A stretch of 64,000 nt of DNA, from positions 12,586,001-12,650,000 of the forward strand of contig NC_086377.1 of NCBI RefSeq assembly GCF_036588685.1, given 5' to 3'. Shown piece after piece: positions 40,896-51,743 of this stretch (the stretch's first letter is position 1; each line of letters starts with the position of its first letter). Position numbers and translations under genes: made by a program. The notes beneath the pieces were generated by a model. The model did not search any database. It was not told the DNA's origin and worked only from the letters and a program-made list of their open reading frames with translations. The DNA is from Mytilus trossulus (lineage: Eukaryota).

Positions 40896-41613
40896 AGCAA
40901 GATTGATAACCCTGCTAGTACCTAAACAATACATTTAAGACAATTGTATATTATCTGTGATGTTGATACAGTGTACTCACCGATACGGACGTAGTATGCT
41001 GCTGGTGACTTATTTGTTTTGACGATCTTTGATTCGATTCTTAGTTTTCATCTAAGACACTGTTACACTGTAACAATTTTACAAAGTCTGCATACCGGAG
41101 GAAGTAGAGACTATATATCCCATCTGCCGGTGATGTTGGTATACTGCCACTAGGTGGTGGATATTCAAAGTTTCAAAAATCGTCTCGTTTGACTAAGATT
41201 ATGACCGCATATGTCAAAATCAAGGTACACGTCTAAAAACGTATCTGTTTTGTCTTTAAATTTTAGTTCTGAAAGATCGCAGCCCAATAAAAAAAACAAG
41301 GTTGGGTTGGTATTTACCACCCCCGGTATTCATAAGTGGTGTTCACCAGTATTAATCACCCCGGACAAAACTCCACGAGTTGTTAATACTTGCAGATACT
41401 GGTCAACTGATAATGATTTAAATTTTCATGCTTCTTTTGAGCGACTTATCTATCAATAGTTGTAAACATTTTTATGATCAGGAAAAGTTCTTTTCCATGA
41501 GCATGATTCAGTTTATAAATATGAATGATTTTGGTATGTTATTCACTATCAAGACATCACAAATTACTACTTTTGGATTAGTTAGTATTGCATACTGTTG
41601 ATGTACAAATAAA

Positions 41614-42150
41614 GGAGTAAGTACGGTAAGGGCCATATTTGGCCCCAATTATAAAGTTCATAGTTACAAGACAGTAAATGTCTTAAGTTGCCTTAAAGAC
41701 ATGTCAGAAAGTTAAACTAAACTGTTTTTGTCAAAGTTTAATTCTCACACGTTGATTTTACGTCCCAAAAGGGTCAAAATAAGGGATTTTGGTGAAATTT
41801 GAAATTTTCAATCACATTTACGACCAGGAAACATAGAGCGCAGTCGTCGACAAAGTTAATATCCAAATAAGACATGTGAAATGTCTTCACAAACATTATT
41901 TTAAAAGATCGTTGTTGTCGACGTATGCGCTCTATGTTTCCTGTTTAATAATCTTAGGAAATTTACCGATTTTTATTGATTTTTTCGTGAAAAATCAATA
42001 TTAGTACAACTTGTGACGTCATAATGAAACGCAGAAACGTAAAACTTTCAACAAAATGGCTCATTTCCTTTCAAGTCACTTAATTCGCTATAATTTATTG
42101 TGATATTGGTCAATAAATCCGAATTAGAAATTTATTACTGAACATACTCC
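41614..42150. mobile_element. MITE with GGAGTA...TACTCC termini
   Basis: Imperfect TIRs GGAGTAAGTACGGTAA / TTACTGAACATACTCC. Empty site visible in the inverted paralogue at ~26955-26966. Confidence 0.7.
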
Positions 42151-42240
42151 TTTGCTATTTCAATTTTTTAAAGTGTATAAATAAAGATATTTTTTTATAA
42201 AAAAGATTTGAATTGACAGGTAAATAGAATAAATATAGAA

Positions 42241-42355
42241 TAAAGGACTTTTTGTTTTTGATACTGACTTTATCACAGTAAAATATCAGGTGAGCCCGAA
42301 GTGCGAGCATGATATTTTCTGTGATAAAGTCAGTATCAAAAAAAAAAGTCCTTTA
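42241..42355. repeat. Near-perfect hairpin (~48 bp arms)
   Basis: TAAAGGAC...GATACTGACTTTATCACAG...loop...CTGTGATAAAGTCAGTATC...GTCCTTTA. Confidence 0.9.
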
Positions 42356-42767
42356 TGTTGTTTATCGGTAATTAAAGAAAAATAAAAATCACTACAATAA
42401 TAGAGAAAATTACAAACGAACTCCTTTTTCGCGTCGAATCACGGCGAATCACACTTGACGTCACAGGCTGCATTACGTCATTTGAAAGTTTGTCACAGTG
42501 CAGTAAACATGCCGTTCTCTTGTACAAAGTATTGAAAAGGAATTATAGCATGCGTTTCATTAATATTCTGCTTTGGACATGACACTAACAATGGCAAATA
42601 TAATGGTAGCATACCGGTAAGTCAAGTTTCTTTATTTTTCACAAAGCATCATCATAGTGATAAATAGTCAGTAATAACGAAATAGTGTGAGGAGACATTT
42701 ATACTGGAGCCCACCCCATCCCCCTCTTTTCTCCCTAGGCAGTGTAAGCTGACTGTAAATTATCTGA

Positions 42768-43285
42768 ATAGTTATCAAAAGTACCAGGATTATAATTTTA
42801 TACGCCAGACGCGCGTTTCGTCTACATAAGACTCATCAGTGACGCTCAAATCAAAATAGTTAAAAAGCAAAACAAATACAAAGTTGAAGAGCATTGAGGA
42901 CCCAAAATTCCAAAAACTTGTGCCAAATACGGCTAAGGTAATCTATTCCTGGGGTAAGAAAATTCTTAGTTTTATTTCGAAAAATTCAAAGTCTAGTAAA
43001 CAGAAAATTCATAAAATGACCATATAATTGATATTCATGTCAACACCGAAGTGCTGACAACTGGGCTGGTGATACCCGCCGGGACGAAACGTCCACCAGC
43101 AGTGGCATCGACCCAGTGGTGTAAATAGTTATCAAAAGTACCAGGATTATAATTGTATACGCCAGACGCGCGTTTCGTCTACATAAGACTCATCAGTGAC
43201 GCTCAAATCAAAATAGTTAAAAAGCCAAACAACTACAAATTTGAAGAGCATTGAGGACCCAAATTCCAAAAAAGTGTGCCAAATA
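42768..43285 (+). repeat. High-copy repeat, ~1.4 tandem units of ~358 bp
   Basis: AATAGTTATCAAAAGTACCAGGATTATAAT starts at ~42768 and again at ~43124. Confidence 0.85.
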
Positions 43286-45708
43286 TTCACTTTACTGTCG
43301 ACTTCATTATTATTTTAAACATTTTAATAGAAGTCACTAAACTTTTAGCTGATCATTCTTGCTTTTTCAAAGCCATGTTCATTTTTTTTTCAACACGGAC
43401 CAGAAATATGAAACTTAAGAGTTTAAGGGCCCTGCGGTTACCTTTAATTTCAGAAGCGAATTTAGAGGAAGGGGACCCGGGTCACAGTCACCCCTTATAA
43501 AGGCAACAATTCTGGTCAAAGCAGACTTTTATAGTTTGGTGCCCCGGTTATACCCCCTTTTTTAAAATTTATCCTAGATCCGCATACATGCATGAAGATT
43601 ACGGTTCACTTTTTTGTTCTTTGTTCTAGGCAAAGCTGTTTTATTGACACTGAAACGACATACATTTGTATTTAAAAATTGTGTAAGAAGCTGGCCCTCT
43701 TGACATAAAATATTTACTAGTTCAGTGATAATGGACGTCATACTAAACTCTGAAAAAAATAAAATAAACTTAAATTAAAAATCATACGAAACAGATGCTG
43801 CCTTGGAACAGGCGCAAACATGCGTCGGGGTTAAACTTTTTTTTTTTATATATCTGAACCCTGCCCCTTTCAATTTGTACCTTAAGACAATATAGAAAAC
43901 AAGCAAACACACAGCAACACGCGTAATAACAATCAGTACATACTATTTCCAAGTCTAATGTCAGAATAGGTAAGAAAAGTTACAAAACAAAATTATAATG
44001 ACACATAAATTAACAAAGGACTGCTAGCTGTTATTGACATGCTAGCTCCAGACCTCATCTCAACTGACCTGTTTTTTTGTTTTCTGTTTGGGGTAACATC
44101 AGTAAAGTGTCCATATACATGATAGATATTCGTGATATCGTCGTGCACTGTTCTTCAGAGTTTAAAAAAAAAATCATTTTATATCTGTGGTTAGTCAGTG
44201 TTAACCATATTTATTAAATATTGTCATTATACATCAATCTCTAAAGGAATTTTGAAGATTTGGTGTTTAGAATGACATCATTAGATTTTGGATTTTATAG
44301 ATTACCTTTGCCTAATTTGGCACAACTTTTTGGAATTTTGGTTCATCAATGCTCTTCAACTTTGTACTTGTTTGGCTTTTAACTACTTGATCAGAGCGTC
44401 ACTGATGTAGACAAGACGCGCGTCTGGTGTATTAAATTATGCTCCTGGTACCTTTGATAACAATTTGAAATATATAAAAAAGAAATAAAGAATATTTGTT
44501 ATTTGAAAGTAAAATAACAAAAATACTAAACTCCGTGAAAAAAAACTAAACGGAAGGTCCCTAATTAAATGGCAAAATCAAATAATAAAACACATCAAAC
44601 GAATGAACAACTGTCATATTCCTTAGGCCATATCAACGAAGCTGTCATAGGACTAGGACGTGTCTTCATATGGTTTTAGTACAATCTTTGTCCGGATTCA
44701 AGTTAAAACAAGTGTCCTAAAATGAGATATGTCCTACTTTTGGGCCTAAGGATAGGATATGTAATTAGGTGTCCTAGGCCAGTCTTGTAAGTAATGATGT
44801 TCTAAAACGAAATAAAAACAGCAAATATGGCATAAATTTAAAAAAATAGAAAACAAATCAATAATTCGAACTGCCCCTTTTTCAGCTTACAAATACTAGC
44901 ATCAGCAGCATTTTTCACTCATGAACATACGTTGCAATGCTCATTTTTTTTGAGAATGTGAAAACTTATTTTAAATAATCCTGATTTGATATATGAAATA
45001 AAATGGAAAGGAACTCAGAACAAAAATTCAAAAAACTTTCGATCTTCAGTGGTGTACAACTTTGTACTTTTTTCACTTTCGATATTCTAAATATGGGCGT
45101 CACTGCTGAGTCTTGTGTGGACGAGGTGCGTTTTTGGCGTATTGAATTTTAAACCTGATGCTTTTTGTTTATCTTTTAATCATGTGTTTCTATTGTAGTC
45201 CTGTAATATAATGTTGTCATTTCAATGTTGTATTTAACTTTGCCATTAAAGTGCGAGGTGTGGCATGCCACAAAACCAGGTTCAACCCACCATTTTTATT
45301 CCCCTTTAAAAATGTCCTGTACCAAGTCAGGAAGATGGCCATTGTTATATTATTGTTCGTTTCTGTGTGTGTTGCATTTGAACGTTGTGTCGTTTGTTTA
45401 CTCTTATTCTTGATATATTTAGATAAGACGTGGCACGGTACTTGTCTATCCCAAATTCATGTATTTGGTTTTGATGTTATATTTGTTATTCTCGTGGTTT
45501 TTTGTCTGATGCTTGGTCCGTTTCTGTGTGTGTTGCGTTTCGGTGTTGTGTCGTTGTTCTTCTCTTATATTTAATGCGTTTCCCTCGGTTTTAGTTTGTT
45601 ACCCCGATTTTGTTTTTTGGTCATGGATTTATGAGTTTTGAACAGCCGTATGTTACTGTTGACTTTATTTGTTTATATCCCAAGACATATCTCAGATACG
45701 TCCAAAAA

Positions 45709-45978
45709 CAAGAATGTGTCCCCAGTACACGAATGCTCCTCTCGCACTTTAATTTCCTTTATTCGGTGGACCGTGAAATTTGGGTCAAAACATAAAATTA
45801 AAATTAACATTAGAAAGATCATATCATAAGGAACATGTGTACTAAGTTTTAAGTTGATTGGACTTCAACTTCATCAACGACTACCTTGACCAAAAATTTT
45901 AACCTGACGATGTCCGAACAGACGAACGGACGTACAGACCAGACATAATGCCCCTCTACCATCGTAGGTGGGTCATAA
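45709..45978. mobile_element. Helentron/HINE-like short element
   Basis: Inserted in an A run relative to the paralogue near 24685. Has a GACG-type microrepeat and a terminal short hairpin; a related fragment lies at ~31320-31515. Confidence 0.45.
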
Positions 45979-46884
45979 CAATGTCCAAAGACATATTTTA
46001 GGACATATTCTGTGATACTTTATTGACATAGCCCCTGATTTGTTCAGTTTTAGAGACAAGATTCATCATATGGATACCTGGGATCTTTGTTTCGATAGAC
46101 AACGATCAGAAGTCAAGTGCTTTTCTTCATTTCAGAAATTTACAAAGTAATTAAACTAAACGATCATTACACAAAGTTAGATAAGCTTGAAATGCATTAA
46201 ATTACAATTTTTTAAGAAGTAATATCAAAGTATTTGATTAACTGACACATTTTTGAACAAAATTGAAACGTTTTTAAAACAACATAACGACAAAAACGAG
46301 TCTAACATATGCAAGAACTGTTCCGTAAACCTATTAAATTTAAGTAACAAATAGAAAAGTATATGGTCCGAGAACACAATTAATTCGTAGTGCATTTCTT
46401 TTAGAACATAAATGAAAATTAAAAAAATCCCACCTGCGCTTTCTCAATGAAACTTTCACAGTGTTGTACTACTTTTGGGACAAATTATATCACAATTATA
46501 GAAAACTTCATCGTCTCTAATTCAAAATATGGACAATTTTATCTTTAGGGCGTCTTGAAATCTTTTGACAGCTTCCGAAGTGCCATATTTCAACCTTTTA
46601 GATCTAGCAGGGCGAGGTAGACTTTTATGTCAGCAACACAAACTTTGTATCAAGGTTTGTAGTGGCGTTTTAGTTAAACAGAATATTTGTAAACATTTAA
46701 TTTTCACCCCTTTTTTCTCTATCTTAAAAAAATTCGATATATTACAACAATGTCGCCTTTCAGTCGTTTTGCGTTCTTGTGTAAATGTCATGAACAATTA
46801 TTGAGGTTTAATATTACTGGAAAATTTATATTCTTAAAAAACAACCTGTTGTGACTGAACTCAGGAATAAACATAAAAGTTAAT

Positions 46885-46951
46885 GTGAAAAATATTTATT
46901 CTATACATTTACAGTTTTCAGGCATTCAATAACCTGTCCTTTTCGTATGAC
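46885..46951 (-). other. Copy 5 non-coding exon 3 (3' UTR) with polyA signal
   Basis: Acceptor GTAG|GTCATACGAAAAGGAC at 46951; AATAAA at 46900-46895. More diverged than in the other copies. Confidence 0.6.
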
Positions 46952-47663
46952 CTACAATGAGAAAATAAACGAATCAAATTGTTTCATATTTTTTTCGGAT
47001 AATCTTTATGCTTAATCAAAAACTTAGATTGGCATGAACAGACAGGTTCACGTATATTTGTGACACAAGACATATTGTTCTTTTCATACTTCTAGTGTAT
47101 GGGTTATAAGTTTCGACCCTTGGTTGTCTTTAACAAAGTGTGGTTTATTTATATTTTTTTGTATGAATGTCGTTGTGTGTGTGTTTAACTTGTTTCCTAA
47201 AGAAATGTATTTGATAAGACGAACCACTAACACGCCATTCAAGCATGATCTTAAAATAACGTCATATATATAGGAAGCAATTGAAAATGCATGTACCAAG
47301 TAAGGAATATGACAGTTGTTATCCATTCGTTTGATGTGTTTTATCCTTTGAAGTTGCAATTTGAAAAGAACTTTTCGCGGAGTTCAGTATTGTTTTTCTA
47401 TTTTAATTTTTAGCTTATTAGTAGGTCATATATCTAAAAATCGATAGTCTATCCTGTTTGAAAAAAACCGATGTTATTAAATTTTCAATTGAAACGACCT
47501 GACAACATGATCATCCATGTACTGTGGGGCATCTGATAAATGTAAGCTATACAAGCGTTTATATCTAATTGAAGCGGTCGGTGTGCATATGTCGTATTAA
47601 CATATTGAATGAGGGATGTTTTACACACTAAACTAGAGGATTGAAAACTTACCTTTTGCATAT

Positions 47664-48049
47664 TTAATAGTATCCTTTACCAGTTGATCCGTATCCACCG
47701 ACAACACTGCTGCCTCCACTAACTACACTGACTTGTCCTGTAACAACACCCCCAATTGGACCTCCAATACCACCGATTGGACCAAGAAGTCCACTACCAC
47801 CTCCAACAAGACTACTGACACCACCGATGATACCTCCACCACCAATAATATCTCCAGCACCAATAATACCAGCACCTCCAAGGGAGGCACCGTAATTTTG
47901 GTTGGTTACCCACCATGGCAATAAGGAACAACAAGTATTCAAACTACCAGGAAGGAGAGGTGTCAAGTTACAGTTCTTGTTGAGTTTAATCTGTCCTGGT
48001 GCACATTTCAAACTGCATGTGCACCATGGTTGACCTCCACCGACAAGTC
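47664..48049 (-). CDS. Copy 5 coding exon 2: six-Cys domain and Gly-rich tail (spliced protein 209 aa)
   Basis: Acceptor TTCCAG|GA at 48049; ends GGYGSTGKGYY* (TAA 47666-47664); donor AAG|GTAAGT at 47653/47652. Confidence 0.92.
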
Positions 48050-48586
48050 CTGGAAATAAGAAAAATATGATTCAATTCATGATTCACACTCATATGTGTA
48101 AAGGAACGTACATGACTGGTCAAATTCATTTTTCGCTGATCTAGTTTGAACATCGTTTCTTTATGATTTCGTATGTTATCACTAAGGAATACATGTATTA
48201 CTTTGAGCTACATGGAAACTGTCGATGAATAAAAGTCTAGTAGGTTTTAACCTGTAGATGTCATAAAATTGGTAGCGTATTTTATGGTTTTATCTACAGC
48301 TGGAACGTTCATCTACGTTTAATGTTGACATTGATCAAAATATAAGATACTGAAAAGAATGTATAGTGTGATGGTCAATTGGAAAAATTACTAGGGACTA
48401 ATGACACAACAATCAGTAATTTTTTAGGTCACTGCACGGATTAAGCAATTCAAATTATGCATTTATTGTCAGATCAAATAAAACACGCAAAGATGAGTGG
48501 TTTTGATTTTGCTATTGTGAGAATCATTTTATAACCGGTCGTGGATTTTCTTTCATAGATAATATAAATGGTTATTTATAACATAC

Positions 48587-48830
48587 CTGTGTTTAATCCA
48601 CCGATCAATCCTCCTAATCCACCTAGTCCTCCTAGTCCTCCTAATCCACCATTGTTAAGCAGAAGTCCACCACCATTGACAATTCCTGCAGATCCACCAA
48701 TAATTCCACCGCCACCAAGGAGTGGACCACCAGTAACAACTCCACCACTAACAAGTCCTCCTAATAATGGACCTCCTTTGCCATATGCCGAAACAGATGC
48801 GACAAGAGAAACTAGAAGTAATGTCAACAT
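48587..48830 (-). CDS. Copy 5 coding exon 1: signal peptide and Gly-rich block
   Basis: ATG at 48830, MLTLLLVSLVASVSA|YGKGG...GLNT; donor CAG|GTATGT at 48587/48586; 244 nt, phase 1. Confidence 0.92.
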
Positions 48831-49587
48831 TATGATGGGTTACTTTGATCTGTAGAAGATGTGAAGTATACTCAGATATGCATGTCCTTTTATACATTGC
48901 TGATAGTCAAACACGTGGTACATAGCTGAAAAAACAGTGGTATGACATATTAAGAAAAATTAGATTTATAAAATTGCGGTTTTAAATAGTGCAATTCTTG
49001 CATTTGTAGATTGAAAAGGTCAAAAGGTTAAGGACAAAATCCAATACATATCATGCAACTATCACGAACATTATAAATGACCTTATTAGAAAAAAAAATA
49101 ACATAGTTAACTAATGTTAAATATTGCATCATATCATAGTGCATCTCAGACGAAAGAATTGTTTTTTCATTTCATCAGTTTATTAATTTGAAAGAACAGA
49201 TTGATCACTACATACAAAATCTTTTAGTTTTGTTAGAAGAAGGAATTTGAAAAGCAGAAATGATATAGTCTTGACTGAAAAAGGGAATATTTTACAAAGA
49301 ACAAGTGTTTCTGTAATTAACTTACTAAGAATGTTATGTAAAATGCTGAGTCTGACAATACACCAATAGCACTATTTGTAAACAGAATAATGGTCAACGA
49401 AGCTAATGTTTCACTCATTCATGATATTTGTACGACTTATTTTCAATGTTTGTCTACAATATTTAAATTTTCATATTTGACAATTTACACTTGATTCAAA
49501 TATAAGGCACAAACATGCATAGTGAGGTAAGGTCTTATAGAATTGGCAAAGAAATCAATGCTATCAATGCTTGGTTGAAGTCAAATT

Positions 49588-51437
49588 TCATGCATTTAAT
49601 ATCAAGAAATAAATAGGGAAAGTGTATCAAATAAAACATGCAAGTTATACACTGTTTACACTAGGGACTATATCCGTAGACAACGAAAACCAAAGGACGA
49701 TAACTGTGTCCTTGGACCAAATAGGACAGAATCTTTATAAAACTTTGCATAACCTAAGCTTATGCTATAATGAAACAGTTAACCAAGTTTCATGGCCAAA
49801 TGTCATATACAAGAGAAACTAGGGTCATTTTAGTATTGACATTTGGATGTTTATTTTTGTCTACATTTGTCAAGATTTTGGCTAAAAAATTTGAAATTTT
49901 GCAAAAATTGCCTTTTTAAATGCTCTTGAATATTATATATTAAGTATTAAAAGCATCTGCACACTCATCTTATTTATCAGATGTACTGTAATTATTCCAA
50001 AGTCAAATTTATATGAGCCTATGCCTGAAAATAGAGATTTTCCAATTCAGGGAAGCCTTATATAAATATGCATTTTTCTTAGCCAATTTTAAGTTTTTGA
50101 AGTTTTTTAAGCCTAAATTATTCTTACATATATATTAAACTTACTTTAAATGTATAGAAAAGTTACAAAAAGTATACCAAATGGGTATAAAATGGTCTTG
50201 GGCCATGTAGTACTGAGAATTATTCAGAGTCAATTTAGGCGGTAGTCCATATTGACATATAAAAATGCACACAGAAGCTATTAGAAGTGAAAATGTGTTA
50301 CTTTTTGCTAATTTCTATGCTAAGGTGTTATGATACAAGAAGTCGTATTGCAAAAGGACTCTTGCATTTAATTTTTTTGAAAGACAATATGGTCTGACGG
50401 TCAGTTTTTTCACTTTTCAATGGAAAACTTGTATTTAGTTTTAGTCTCAATAGGCATCAATTTGGACCACCTACTATCATACAGGAAAAAAATATGGTAG
50501 CCTTTAAAGGAGTTAGGTGAACTGAATGTAGTGAAGTGTTTTTTTTACAGATTTAGGGAAATATTTGTGATGGACTACAGATTTGATGTACAAAGCGCTT
50601 CACATTTTACATACATCAATTAGGCCGTTTAACCAGGGCCATGAAAATAAAATATGCTGCACTTTTTTTCTGTGATAATCTACTTTTTTCAATATTCAGA
50701 GTTCACAAATGGTTAACTAAATTTGATTTGAGCATAGAAACACAAATATCAGGAACAAAAAAACTGGCAGATAGAATGTCAGCATGCCTCTTAGGCATAA
50801 AATGTAAACTGCTTTAGAATGCTTATTATAGCCGTAGAATGCCAAAATGGCACATTTTAACAGAATTTCTGTGTACCAAAGATGTAAATCCTTTACATTG
50901 ATTGAGTTTGACAAATTGAAACCAGCAAATCATTCAGGAAAGTTGCCGAAGTACAGAATCTAGATTTCAGGAATCCACCTCTTAGGCCCGATAACACAGT
51001 TATTTGGTAGTACATTTCTTTAGACAATAAATTCAAAGTAAAAAAATCGCACCTGCTCTTTCTCAAATTTTTTTTTACAGTGTAGTGTACTGCCAGTGAG
51101 ACAAATAATATCAAAATTATAGAAACTTCTACCAGCTCTAACTCAAAATATTGACAATTATGTGTTAAGAGGGTGTAAAATTCAGTTTGACAGCTTCAGA
51201 CGTGATAAATTTTGACCTTTTAGAACTGGACCAATTCACTACTTCACATAAAGAACCAGCACCAAACCTTTTTTGACATGTAATTACATCCCCCTACTTA
51301 ATATGTCATGCATTTAATATCAAGAAATAAATAGGGAAAGTGTATCAAATAAAACATGCAAGTTATACACTGTTTACACTATGGACTATATTCGTAGACA
51401 ACGAAAACCAAAGGACGATAATTGTGTCCTTGGACCA
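49588..51437. mobile_element. 1.85 kb insertion bounded by 132-bp direct repeats
   Basis: 49588-49719 and 51306-51437 are nearly identical. The block is absent from the homologous position upstream of copy 3 (~33400-33468). Part of the interior resembles ~46420-46600. Confidence 0.6.
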
Positions 51438-51743
51438 TAAGTAGCAGCAGTGTCAATGTTAGCCCTGACTAAAGTATAAGCAGCAGCAGTGTCAATGGTA
51501 GCCCTGACTAGTATAAGTAGCAGCAGTGTCAATGGTAGCCCTGACTAAAGTATAAGTAGAAGCAGTGTCAATGGTAGCCCTGACTAAAGTTTAAGTATCA
51601 GCAGTGTCAGTGGTAGCCCTGACTAAAGTAAAAGTAGCAGCAGTGTCAATGTTAGCCCTGACTAAAGTATAAGTAGCGGCAGTGTCAATGGTAGCCCTGA
51701 CTAAATTATAAGTAGCAGCAGTGTCAAAGGTAGCCCTGACTAG
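51438..51743. repeat. 39-bp minisatellite, about 8 units
   Basis: Same unit as 33460-33697. Confidence 0.92.

Larger units (their letters stand above)
24530..46130. repeat. Large inverted segmental duplication: arms ~24530-32700 and ~35895-46130
   Basis: Colinear reverse-complement matches, e.g. 24531-24600/46061-46130, 26100-26800/43700-44330, 27000-27600/40950-41600, 27700-28400/39600-40310, and the gene bodies of copies 3 and 4. Confidence 0.85.

Noticed and set aside
24530-46130. Inverted duplication as a pure assembly artefact
   Set aside because: The arms differ by many substitutions and by arm-specific insertions, which fits a real, aged duplication. Long reads would settle it.
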